Assembly (NCBI GenBank): GCA_025603075.1
Contig: MU626260.1
Location: 1-64,000, forward strand
DNA length: 64,000 nucleotides
Origin: Neoconidiobolus thromboides FSU 785
Lineage: Eukaryota > Fungi > Entomophthoromycota
Direction of reading: 5' to 3'
In this document: piece after piece, positions 49,876 to 62,279 of the stretch
How positions within the stretch are numbered: the first letter of the stretch is position 1
Layout: each line of letters opens with the position of its first letter
Program-made: the position numbers and the translations under genes
The notes under the pieces: model-generated
Told to the model about the DNA's origin: nothing
Seen by the model: the letters and a program-made list of their open reading frames with translations, nothing else
The model's database searches: none

Positions 49876-52299
49876 TTAATCTGAGTTTAAATTTAAATTA
49901 TTCAAATCACGCTCAATGGTTGTAGTAACGTCCATACCGACATCTTTAGAAACAGTCGAATTTTCGCTATTGTTATTACCAAGTTTTTCAAACCTCAAAT
50001 TCAATCTTTCATTCTCTACTTTAAGCTGTTGATTTTGCTGTAGGATTTGTTGAGTTAATTGTTGAAAGGTAATCTAAATTAAATTAATTAATACTATTAT
50101 AAATGCTGTTATAATAAATCACCATTGAGTCGGATAAAAAATCATCAAATTTACTATAAAATAAGAATTAAATTAGCTTACACATTGTAAGTATTTCAAT
50201 AATTACCTGTTGGCTTTACTTTGTTCGTTAAGATTAGTCTCAATGTTTTTAAGCTGAGGTGTAGATAAATTTCCACTTTGAAGTTTAGAATGTAATTCAA
50301 TTAGTAGATTCCTTTGCTTTTCATTTTGTTTAGCAATCAAGTCCAATTGGTTAGCATGCATCATTAATGTATTAGATTGATCAACATTGTCCTCTTTGTC
50401 ATCATTATTGTTTGTGTTCACTATTTCTACAAGCGTCATATAATTATTAGTATTACTATTGTCGTTCTCTTTATTGATTTACCTCCTCCCGCTTCATTAC
50501 TAAGTTGAAACCTTCCTCTTTTACTAAATGATGAAGTACCAACTACTCTACTAGGCTCGTTATTAGGTTCTGCTGGACTAGTGGCCTCTACTTCTGAAGA
50601 TATTGAAAATCTACTTGACTTGCTTGCTTCACGACTTAATGGCAATTGTCCAACAAAATCAGTATTATAAGGCGAAATAAGATTAGCTATGTTGATAAGT
50701 TAATGCTATATGTTATATTATGTAATATTTATTACTTGATGCTGATTCGGGAGTATCATCAGACAAAGCAAATCTACCTTTGCGTACTTGACTTAAAGTA
50801 GTATCAGGAGGATTCTCACTATTAATATTCTCATTTTTATCAATTTGAATATTATCCAATACAAATCGACTCTTTTTTGTATTTTCTGATGTGATTGGTT
50901 GATTACTGTTTATAATATTAATTGATTGCGTCGGATTTAAGACTGGACTTGTTGCTACTTCAATCAATTGTGGTAAACTTGAATCTCTCTTCTCAGATGA
51001 TTTTAAATTATTATCAAAATAACTCCCATTTTGAGTTTGATGTTCTTGAACTGGCGAAAAATTCCATGATTCTCCTTTGGCTGGCAGTTTAAGTGGCATT
51101 GTTGTTTCTAAAACATAGTTTAAAATGATTTATTTAATTTTATTATTAAACATACTTTGCTGAATTTCTCTATCTTCTATCGCTGGGATGTCTTGTATTA
51201 AAGCTGTTAATCCATTATATTTTTTCACTTGTTTAAAAAAGGAATGTTGTAATAACTTTTCTGCTGTGGGTCTACAATTATGTCTATCAGTTGATAGCTA
51301 AATAATCTTTCATTGAAATTACCTTTTACTTGGATCTTTATTTAAACATGAATCAATCATCTCTTTGAACGCTTTGCTATATTTATGTTTACTGTTATCT
51401 CTATCTAATGTAGGAGGATCTTTAGATAATGTCATCATAAGTACCTAATTATTTTAGTAATAGACTATTGTTCAAAGATAAAAACCCACTTTAATTGGTG
51501 GATATTTAGCTAAAGGTGCTTGTCCATTAGCTAATTCTAAGGCTGTAATACCAAATGACCAGATATCTGCTTTTTGATCGTAACCAGACTATTTATGTTA
51601 TATTATATTTATATAATTTGACTATTTAATTTTACTTGTTCCATCACTTCTGGTGCCATCCAACAAGGAGTACCAACAAACGTTTTTCTTAACTTTTTAC
51701 GATCAAAATGATCGCTTAAGGACGATGATACTCCGAAATCTGCTAATAGTACTACCCCTGATGGATCAATCAGTAAGTTACCAGCTTTAATATCCCGATG
51801 AATATGGCCATTTTTATGCAAATATTCTAATCCCATCAATGCTTGCTTAAGTATTGAGGCTATATAAATTTCTTCTAAACCTTCGGGATATTTGTATTTT
51901 AATATATCTAAGCAAGCCCCAGAAGCCAGGTAGGGAGTAATAATGTATAATTTTGATTCTATTACATACGAGCAATTTACAGGCAGTAAGTTTGGGTGTT
52001 TACACAAAGACATTACTTGGGTTTCCCTCTATAAAATCAAATTAGTTATCAGTTGTGTTGAATAAAGAAATCGATACTCTAAGCTCATCAATCTGATTCC
52101 TTTCGAACATATCCATATCGATCACTTTCACGGCCACCTTTAAATTCTTTGGTTTATATAGACCTAAATATACTGTAGCAGAGGAACCATAGCCTTAACA
52201 AAGTAAAATAAAACAAGACTAGAATTAGTTAGAGAGCTAATTACCTATTGGCTTGATGACTTCAAAGTCTTCAGGATTTGACGAAAAAGTTGCATCCAT
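49876..52299 (-). CDS. STE20-family kinase of the OSR1/SPAK/Fray group, multi-exon, with C-terminal coiled coil
   Basis: [69 protein letters not shown]. Manually spliced tail ends at stop 49876. Confidence 0.85.
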
Positions 52300-53643
52300 A
52301 ATAATAACAATTAAATTGAAAAAAAAGAACTAGGTAATAATAATAATATTGACTAAGGGTCAAAAGGTTAATGGTAAGACAACTCCAAATTTTAAAAAAC
52401 TTTAAAAAAAGATTAAAATTCATTTTTTATCTTTTTTATTCTCAGAAAATTACTAGCGTTTTATTTTTTCCAACGTATAATTTAACTAATATAAATTACT
52501 ACCATTCTCTAATACCATGCTTTTCACTACTGTTGAAATTATTATTTATTGGTTGATAAAAGTTTACTTTAATTTATTAGAAATTCATTTTAATTTTGGG
52601 CAGGCAACTCAGTTTTAGAAAAATTTAGTATAAAACCATAAAATAACCCTTTTTGTTATTTAAAAAGCTAACCAACTAGTTCTAAACCGTTTAATAAGAT
52701 TAATTAATTAGAACTTGATTTTTCACTTCCTTTTATTAAAAAAGATAACCCATCTTATTAAAGTTACTTAATAGAGTTAGCGTCACTTGTTCCTTTTATA
52801 AAAGCTTATCTTTCAAACATGGCTACTTAAAGTGAAATTACTGTTTTAGATCAAGGTTACAATAAATATGAAGTAATAGTTGAAGAACTGATGGAATCAC
52901 GTGATTTTAACCTATGAAAATTATAATATCGGAAATAAAAACGAAGTCATATCGAACATTCAATAAAGTTAGGCATTAGGATAGAATCTTTATGGAGAAA
53001 AATAGCATTGGTAGAAGCATATCCATAAAGTAAATGAAGTGCTGGCTAGATCAAGTTTTTAAAAAAGTGATATAGACTTTAGAACTATTTGACTAACTAA
53101 ACATATATGCATGTTTTGAGAATTTAACTATAATTTTTTAACCTTAAGAATAAAAGTGAGCAAATAGAATAAAACTTTCGCACTTAGCAACAGTCAAAAC
53201 ATAACGATGAAAGTGTTAAAGTGTTAAAACTACAATTAAGTGTTTTCAAATATAGTAGGAACATTTTAAATTATAAAGTTTATCAAAGCAGTAGTTTCTT
53301 TCGGAAATGCTGTTCTTGTATAACAATTAGATTTTTATTTAGCTATATGGTTAAATTTTATAATATAAAATATGAAAGTAAGTAGTTAGCTATACCTGTG
53401 TTTTTTATATAAGAGTTTAACTAAGTAATATTTGTAAATTTTGTAGTGTAAAAAGTAAACAAATATTTAAAAGGGCATCTCCAAGGTTCTGACTTTGAAA
53501 CCAATTCATTTGTCAAAGCAGTTGCGAAATTCCCTTGAAAATAACTCAAATTTAAATAAGGACTAAGAACAAGTGGAGCAACCAAAATATAAACTTAAGT
53601 TTTAAAGAAAAGAATAGTTTTATTTCAGCAATCAAAACTTAAA

Positions 53644-55002
53644 ATGGTAATATAATAAGAAAGTAGATGAAACTCAACTAAACCAAATTATAGACAAAGG
53701 GTACAACCGTTGAAAGCAGTTTTATATTAGAACTATTATCGATCCGAAAGGTAGAGGATATTAAACTGGTAATTAGTAGGTTTGAGAACTACATTGAAAA
53801 GGAAGGATATGGGATAATCGATGATTCAAATGAATATTTAGAGATAGAAAACAGTAACAAAAAAATGTGGTTGAATTTCTTTGTTAATAGTATGAAATAT
53901 TGGAATCAACAGCTAATGAAGGGGAACGTGGAAGAAGAAAAGGAAGATGAGATTAATCAACTGTTGGACTCTTTGTCTAAAATCATTACTTTGTTTTCTG
54001 GGAGAAATGGTAACCTCTCTTTCATCGCTATACTGTTTATTAAACTGTTTATATAGCTTCAGGTGAAAGGATCAGTAAATTTTTATTGAATCAAGTCCAA
54101 ATTCAATTAAAAGAACCTAGCTTTGATAACGCTGATTTGGGCTGGAAAACGTGGCCAGCAGGGAGTTTATTAGCAAGGTAATATCGATATATAAAACAAA
54201 CATAAACAAACATTAATAGTTTATCAGTTTATTAATAAAAAATAGAGTGAAATTCAATAGCAAAGTATTAGAGTTGGGCTCTGGTACAGGCCTAGTTGGA
54301 ATAAGCTCAGCAATCACAAATTCAAATGAACGACATTACTTATCCGATTATCATCCAAATGTATTATCTAATTTAAATTGTAATATACAATTAAATAAAT
54401 TATCAAATACTTCCAGTTTGTTATTGGACTGGAACTGGTTCGAAGATACAAATGATGGTGATAGTATAAAGAATATTACTGCAACTAAAGATATTATAAA
54501 TAACGACAGTGATACTTTTAAGTTTGATTTCATTTTAGCCTCTGATGTTTTATACCAACTAAGACATGCTTATTCATTTCCTAAAGTTATTCATTATTTT
54601 TTAAATAATAATGATAACAGTGAGGCTATAGATGATGGGGATAACAACACCATAAATAATACAAAGGATGATGATACAATAACAAATATTAATAATAAGT
54701 TAAAGAGGCATTTAACTAGTTCAAAAAATAAAGCCATTATCTTAATACCTATCCGAAAAACCCATCTTAAAGATAGCAATGAATTTGAGAAGCAAATAGT
54801 AAATCATAGTTTAAAAATAGAATTTGAAGTAGCATATCCTTCCGTAGATAACAATAATAATTCCATTAATATTAATAATTACAATACTATCACATCCTTA
54901 CTAGATCATCCTTTACCTTATTCTGATTTAACTACTATCATTGAAAAGTCAATTTTAGATCATCCTATCTTGGCTTATAAACTTTATATCATTACAAAAT
55001 AA
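53644..55002 (+). CDS. EFM2: Protein-lysine methyltransferase, Methyltransf_16 family (Efm2-like)
   Basis: IQLKEPSFDNADLGWKTW, VLELGSGTG, LDW and ILASDVLY motifs. The first exon appears to be the ATG alone (53644-53646), followed by intron 53647-53693. Confidence 0.75.
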
Positions 55003-55039
55003 TAAAACGATTTCATTTATTTATAATAAAAATAGTCAT

Positions 55040-56366
55040 TTATATATCAATTAACTTTTGCTCATTATTAGTACTGTTGCTATCACTACTATGATTTTTA
55101 GAAATAGAGGCGGACTAAACATGAATTATAAATACATATAAAAATACAATGAATGGTAGCTTACCTCAAATAAATTTATTACAGACTCTAGTTTAGGATC
55201 ACTGTTTAATAACAATTGATTCATATCCAAATCATTGTTATTATTATTGTCACTGTTTAATATTAAATAATTAAAAATATCTAAAGAAGGATAAAGATAA
55301 GTTGATAATAAGCACCATAAACTCAAATTATGCTGTGTACACAATTCAACTACTCTTAAATAACGCAACACTATATTACTAATAATCGATATTAATATAA
55401 TATGATACATTACAAATGCAATAGTGCTTACTTTGATAATACTTGCAACTTCTTTTTAAACTCAATTTTGATTTCACTGTATAATTGATGAATGATTTGC
55501 AAATAAGACTCTTTATATTCTTTAAATTCTAATCCCTCGATCTTTTTTATTATTTTAAGCGGTATATTTAATCTCCTTTTTCTATTTAATACCATTAGAT
55601 TACAATAGAATTATAGAAGATAAAGCTTACGTATTATCCATTTCAACCTTAGTTTGAAAGCAATGGATTTGACAATTATGAGTCAAATCCTCACTCATAT
55701 CGAAACAAGATACGATAATCCCAAAGAACCTATCATCCAACGCTTGCTGTGCGGCTTGCGTATTTAAGTCTGAATTGAATTTCAATAATCTATTTCATAT
55801 TGATAAAATATTATATTACCAATACTAGAAGGAAACACAGTAATGTGAGGGTGAGAGTGGTACTAAAATGGAAAACGCTCTTAATTCATCTTTTGTTTCG
55901 TTTTTATATATTTAATTACCCATCCGATCACTCTAGTTTTCTTATTGCTCTCTTTTTCAATTTGCTTTTTGTAATGTTATTATTTAATATCTTATAGACT
56001 ATTAATTAGTTACTTCTGCTTTTAAAAACGCTTCATGCAATTGTTCAGGTGCTACTTCAACTCGATCCTTCCTTTTATCATTACGTACCACTACTGAAAT
56101 ATGCGTTATTATTGCTTCATACCCCTCTTCATCTGCTTCTGTTTCTATTTTCTATTCATTTTTAGCTGAGTTACTTTTGTTATATCCTTTAATTATATCC
56201 TTTAATTACTTTCCAATCGCCTAACAATAAACCTATGATCTCTTGCTACTTTGTTTAGTTGCTATATCGTTTTATAAATATAGTGATTTACATTTTCTAT
56301 TGTATATGCATGAGTTAACATAACCGAATATAAATCTTTAGCTAATAATACTCGGGTCAGCTTCAT
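55040..56366 (-). CDS. BRCC3: JAMM/MPN+ deubiquitinase, BRCC36-like, multi-exon (largely missed by the ORF track)
   Basis: Manual splicing gives THAYTIEN-QEIIGLLLG...RNDKRKDRVEVAPEQL...RVIGW-YHSHPHITVFPSSI-DLNTQ...FFGIIVSCF, matching the BRCC36 signature with intact E and HxH-x7-S-x2-D. Confidence 0.85.
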
Positions 56367-56441
56367 TTTTAAAAAGAATAAATAAAAAGTTAAGTTTTCT
56401 AATTTAAACTCTTTAAATTCTAAACTTTTTATTTAACTAGA

Positions 56442-56907
56442 ATGGCTCAAGGAAACAAACTTAAGAATATCAAGAAGAAAGAAAAGAAAGTGTCAGCTAC
56501 GCCTAAAAAAGGAGGTAAATACTATTTAATAAAGTGTATAGAGCAACGCAATAATGACAACGATATTTTTATATAGTTTATTAACTCTATACATTTAATT
56601 TAGCAAAAGTAATTCCACCAAAAAAACAACAGTTAATTAAGCAAAGAAAGCTCACCAAAGTAAACTTGTTTATTTTGTTACTGCAATCATTTTACTCATA
56701 ATTATTATTTTGATCTAGAAACTAACCGGTGTAGTAAATAACAAAGTAGAAACAGCGTTTGCAACTAAAGCTAATTCTCAGGGTCGATTAACCATGATGA
56801 AAGGATTGGTAAATAAAGCGATCAAGGATACTATTGGTGACAAAAAGATGGCCCCATCGGTGGCCTCAACGATGGCTTCCAAAAAAGCTTCTGAAAAGAA
56901 AAAATAA
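56442..56907 (+). CDS. Small basic protein of UPF0390/DUF2462 type (C19orf53-like), 3 exons
   Basis: Spliced sequence MAQGNK...PKKG-AKVIPPKK...RKLTK-KLTG.VNNKVE....KA...GRL.MMK. Not in the ORF track. Confidence 0.75.
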
Positions 56908-56971
56908 ATAGAATAGAACAGAAACTAAATTTAAATAAGTTAATTTTATTTTTATTCATTCAAAACACAAT

Positions 56972-57229
56972 TCAATAGTCTTCGTTTATAATTTTTTCTA
57001 CATTCCAATTGAATAAATCTCTTTTTACTAAGTTATAGTTATTCAAGTCTGACTTGGTAGCAGTACAATAGGACTCCCAATAATTAGAAATCACTCCTAA
57101 GTCGGACTGGTCATCATTGATTTGAATAAGGATGTCATTGATCTCTAAGATCATCTCATTGATCTTCCTTATATTACCTTGTATACGGTCTAACAACCGT
57201 GCTTGTTGTTGATGATGTGGGTTTTCCAT
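56972..57229 (-). CDS. DAD4: DASH/Dam1 complex subunit Dad4
   Basis: MENPHHQQQARLLDRIQGNIRKINE matches the Dad4 N-terminal signature; 85 aa. Confidence 0.85.
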   Translation of the reverse strand: MENPHHQQQARLLDRIQGNIRKINEMILEINDILIQINDDQSDLGVISNYWESYCTATKSDLNNYNLVKRDLFNWNVEKIINEDY

Positions 57230-57436
57230 AGTATAGTTATGTGTTAAAATGCGTTTGTCTGGGCTTACAATCTGCCTTTTTGGGTCTTCTTTTATTGAAT
57301 AAATTTAATTTTGGTATGAAAATTGAAAGTCCCTAAATAATTTTGCAGTAAATAAACCAACTTTTTCCTTCAAAAAACTTATTTTGTATAAAACCAAGTT
57401 CAAGTTAGCAGCTTTTTTAAATCCTTGGGAAGCAAA

Positions 57437-59186
57437 ATGGATCACAATAAAGAAAAAAGTAATTAAAATTTGATTATAAAATTTATATTAATCTTTTGTT
57501 TAGATAATAATAGTCAAAATAAATTGAAGATTTTTTTAAAATTAGGAAATAGTAATACTACGAAAAAAAACAATAACAATAGCAATTATGCTAGCATTGA
57601 TGCCAGAAGTAAAAGCAGAACAGAAAGAAATGTAAAAGAATCGAATTTAAATGTTGATTCAGATAATGAAGACGAAAACGAAGACGAAGAAAGAAGAGAA
57701 GACTATTCTTCTCCACTAAGCGAACATGAACCACTAAGACTGAAGTCAGAAATGAAGGAGTCATATAATAATTCAAGACTAGTATTAGAAAAAAGTTCGT
57801 CCCCAATTTACAGCTCTACTAATGAAGCTGGAACTGGAATAAATTCATCACCCATTTATTCAATAGCTTCAAGTTTGAGGTCCTCATCTCCAATTTCAAA
57901 TTATGAAATCAAACAGCAGGAAAAAAATGTAAGTTCAGAACAAGGCAGTGAGTTGGACTCTGCTTTATCGAGTTTGCCTTCTTCACCCACTGTCACTAGA
58001 AAACGAACTTCTGTACCTAAAATCATTTTGAGGCTACCAGCGAACAACAATAATAATAATAATAGTAACAAGGAAGTGAAAGAAGAAGAAATAAACTCGG
58101 ATTCAGAATTAGATGTTGAAAACGAAGACTTGATCAATAACGATTCAAATTTGACCTCACTATTAAATGAAAAAGGTAATATTGTTTTTATTAATATTAG
58201 TTTATTCATTTTATTTTATAGAGAATGAGGCAAATAATGGCGTTACCAATGTAACTAACAATAAAAACAAAAGTAAGAAAAGTAAAAAGAGTGGTAAAAG
58301 TAGTAACAAAACTAATAATAACCAGCGCCAGCCTAAAGAATTAAATAGTGTATTAACAAAAATGCTTAATGATATTATTAGAAAGGATAGCTATGGAATA
58401 TTTTATGAGCCTGTAAATGCAAAAGAAGTACCAGATTACTACATAGTTATTAAAAAACCAATGAATTTCCAATTAATGAAAAGGAAATTAAAAAGTGGGA
58501 ACTATTTAACTTTGGAGGCTTTTTTAAAGGATATTGAGTTAATTTGTAATAATGCAATGATTTACAATCAAAAAGATACCATCTTTTATAAAATGGCCGA
58601 GAAGATATTGAGCTTTGCTTCAAATCTAGCAGATAAAGAAAAAGCTTATATTTTACCTAACACTAGTTTTATAGGTAAAAGTGAGATGTTGGATGTGGAA
58701 AATAATTTACAGTATGATAACGATAATGATAATAGTAATAATAATGTAAATACTACCACTATGAGTAATCAAGAGAGTAATTACCAAGAGAATACTCAAA
58801 GTGCACCTACTACAAAAAGATATAAGAAACATAAAAAGAATCTAAACAACCACATCAGATCAAATTATTTAAGTGATGGTAGTATGCGATATAATTATTT
58901 TATTCAAAAACAGAATGACAATAATAACACTAATGAAAAACAAAGCTACCTTAGTTATTTAGATAACTCAAACAATCCAAACAATAATTTAATACTAGAC
59001 GACCACCTATACCTTAATTTTGGTAACTCTCAAGGCTTGTCTTATTTAACTTCCATAGCTAGATTCACTGCAGACCTGGATTCTACGCTTATTACTGAAA
59101 GCGTAAATAAGCATTTTAATGATATTACTTTAAACTCTCATCAATTTTCAAATAATATTAAAAATATATTAGATAAAAATAAATAG
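57437..59186 (+). CDS. Bromodomain protein, BRD7/BRD9-like, 3 exons
   Basis: Bromodomain KDSYGIFYEPV...VPDYY.VIKKPMNF...NAMIYNQKDTIFYKMA with the acetyl-lysine Asn kept. Later segment FGNSQGLSYLTSIARF resembles the BRD7/9 DUF3512 region. Acidic/Ser-rich N-terminus. Confidence 0.7.
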
Positions 59187-59193
59187 TTTGCTT

Positions 59194-60611
59194 TTATTCA
59201 ATATCCAATTTTTCTTCCCTCAAATCTTTTGAATATATCTTATGATTAGCCATTTCTAAAAATGCAGCAGCTTCATTATTATCTAATATCGATTTTTGAT
59301 TTGAGCCCCCCTCTTCATTTTCGATTTGTTTGAGACATAGTACTAAAATATGTAAGCATTTGGTAAATAAATAAAATTTGATATTACTTTGTACATGCTC
59401 AATTTCGAATTCTTCATTCTTACTTAATTGTGGGCTATTAAAAGTGGAACAATTCGGATGTGCTTTTGAGTGTCCATTGTTAAAGTTTGTTTCAAGAAAT
59501 AATCCGAAATAATTTAATTGTCCCCCGAATCCTAAACCTAGTTAAATTAATTATTAGAAATATTAAATTTGTTGATATAACTCAACATACCATTGACTAA
59601 AGTCTGACTTTGATCCATGAAGTATTTGAAATTCTTATTATAATTTGTGGTTGAATACCATCCTAATTTTGGAATAATCGAGAACAAAGCTTCATTCCCA
59701 GTTCCACTAAAATGACCATCTTTTTTCCATGAATTATCCGTGAATCCTCCAAAACAATAATTGCTTTTTTTTTCGTAGATAATGATGATACTCTGCTCAC
59801 ACTCAACCAACTCTTTTTTAAATCGATTCCAACTTTTACCATCTTTTTTACTGTCATACTTTATTTTCCATTCTTCTTTATTACCACTATTACCAACCTT
59901 TTGATTAAAAAAATAAATTAAACTGACATCTAATATATTATTTTTAATATTTGGAAATTTCAAGTTAATATCCCTATTATCATGTTTGAAGAATAAAAAA
60001 TAAAAGCTGCCAAGGATGACTCTTTTTAATTTGATGTTTTTTATATAGTATTCTTCAATTCGTTCCTTTTTGATTTTACTATCCGCTTCTTTTTCAATCA
60101 TCTCAACTTCATCTTCCCCCACTTCACTTTCTATCTCATCCCAAATCTCCTCCTTTTTTTGGTCAGCTTTTAAAATAAAATCCTTCAAATTATTAAAGTA
60201 TTCGTTTTTTGTAATTTCTGAGTTGGACCACTGGCTCAAATAAAAAAGCAAAAAGTCATCAAGCAGCTCAGAGATACTTGAATAACTTGTCAATAAAAGA
60301 TTCAATAGCTCTTGGTTATCCTCTTTAATACAATATACAACGAACTTCTGAAAATCTGATGATTGGTTGTTTACATATCTGTTATAAAATTGTTTCATCT
60401 TTTGTTTGAAGGATTCTTGGTTTATTAGCTGAAATAGCTCCTAGAAATCGTGTTATTTTATACTTTAGTAGTTTGAAATATTACTCATTACTTCCTCGTT
60501 TCCTTTATACTTTTTACACAAAGCTTGTATTTCTTGAATATACTCAGATTTTATACCACTATAATTGAGTCCTTGCTGACTGCCTTGAAGTTTACTATCT
60601 TGCATCCCCAT
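59194..60611 (-). CDS. TLDc-domain protein, Rtc5/MEAK7-like, 4 exons
   Basis: N-terminus MGMQDS (myristoylation consensus). TLDc motifs YDSKKDGKSWN, FGGF and GLGFGGQ..YFGL. C-terminal SILD...AFLEMA...YS..LR tail. Confidence 0.8.
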
Positions 60612-61166
60612 TTTCAAAAATAAATGAGAGTTCAAAGAAACAAAAATTCAAATAAAAACTGATCATGGAATGACTTCATTATGAAATTATACAAATGTTA
60701 ACTAAATTAGATTAAAATGAATGAACATCATAAATTGTAAAAGTATATAAAAAAGCTATCAATCAATAATAATTTTTAGGATTTTTGTGTTAAATTAAGT
60801 CTACCGAATTTATATAAATGGTCTATTTAACAAGCTACTCATATATTTCTATCGTGAATTGACCTCACTCTAGATTTACACTTTAACACATTTTATAAAT
60901 GTTACACTAAACCCTATCCCACTTTTGTAGAAAGTAGTTTAAGAAAATTTGTAATAAATTTAATTTTAATAAAATCTATTTCATGATAGTATTTTAATAC
61001 AGAAACTATTCCCCATAATTTTTAGTCGAGAATTTTTGGCTTTATATCAGAGTTCATTTCGATTAGTATTATTTATATAACGCAAAGGCTTTATGAGCGG
61101 TTTACTTCAAAGTAAAATTTATGAACTCTAAAACTAAGCATTTATCAACCACATTTTTAAAATCTT

Positions 61167-62279
61167 TTATTCTTCTCCTTCTTTACATCCTCCTCCAAAT
61201 TTAATTCCCAGCAACTTGGAGTGAGCAGCTACCGCTTCTGAGACTGACATGCCCTTACCACCGGAATAAGTACACTCTTTATCTTCATATAGCCCTGCAG
61301 TGCATATCTTTATTTTTCCCTCCTTACTAACATAAACTTCAGTAGATTGATGGGCGCACCAACCATCTTTCTTAAGTGAACAATATTTCTTGGGTGGAAG
61401 TAGAGAAACTGGATCACCTTCGTGAGTAACTCTAGTAGATGAATGGATGTTTGTATTCATCCACTCAGCAAATTTTTTGTTTCCAACCCTTGGTTGACAA
61501 TAAGTGATTAAATTAATTTTGTCTTTTGGTATACCACTATTCAAAAGATCAGCAGCAACCAAACTGGCAATAGCCCCTCCCAAAGAATGCCCAGTAACAA
61601 TAATATCGTATTTGTATTTATCATACATCTCTTTAACTGTTGGATTATAAAATTTAGCCATTCTTTCTTTAGCTTTATTAAATCCAGGATGAACTAAAAC
61701 CCCTGGTCTATCAATATTAGCACTCAAACCAGTTGGTTTAACTAAACTAATAACATCGATATTGGTTAACCAATTGGTAAATGAAGACTCCACGGTACCT
61801 CGAAATGTAATAATGATCTTTTTGATTTTATTATTGACCAACATATACCCTTGGTTGTTTTTTTCTTCATTGTAAAATAAGCTAAACATTTCTAAGTCTT
61901 CTTTGGCTCCGATCTTTTTACAATGTCCACAACTCCATTGAGAAATCGATTTTGGTTCGCAATAAGCGGCCCCTGCATATCGTTGATAATACCGGACATC
62001 CTCTTCATTCATTGCTTTACTCATCGATCGTTTATTCAAAATCAAGTTTCTAACTTTTTTCATTATGCTAATATCATTAGGTAATGTGGATTTATCCTCT
62101 TCAGATATTTTAATTATGGTTGGAAAGTCTCTTACCATTTGCTGGAAATAAGGATTATCAAACTGCTCTGTGACATTAACATGCTTAGTAGCCTCCTGGG
62201 CTTTTGAATTGCGTTTGTAACCACCAAAAGGGAGGACGGCGGTGGTAAATAAAATTATGCTTATAGGTAGTAATCTCAT
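61167..62279 (-). CDS. Secreted class 3 lipase with propeptide
   Basis: Signal peptide, KR sites, FRGT oxyanion motif, GHSLGG nucleophile elbow, D in HEGDPV and His in AHS. Intronless, 370 aa. Confidence 0.9.
   Translation of the reverse strand: MRLLPISIILFTTAVLPFGGYKRNSKAQEATKHVNVTEQFDNPYFQQMVRDFPTIIKISEEDKSTLPNDISIMKKVRNLILNKRSMSKAMNEEDVRYYQRYAGAAYCEPKSISQWSCGHCKKIGAKEDLEMFSLFYNEEKNNQGYMLVNNKIKKIIITFRGTVESSFTNWLTNIDVISLVKPTGLSANIDRPGVLVHPGFNKAKERMAKFYNPTVKEMYDKYKYDIIVTGHSLGGAIASLVAADLLNSGIPKDKINLITYCQPRVGNKKFAEWMNTNIHSSTRVTHEGDPVSLLPPKKYCSLKKDGWCAHQSTEVYVSKEGKIKICTAGLYEDKECTYSGGKGMSVSEAVAAHSKLLGIKFGGGCKEGEE

Noticed and set aside
60603-60611. CATCCCCAT resembling a MITE terminus
   Set aside because: It is the reverse complement of ATG GGG ATG, the start of the TLDc gene, and no MITE core is adjacent.
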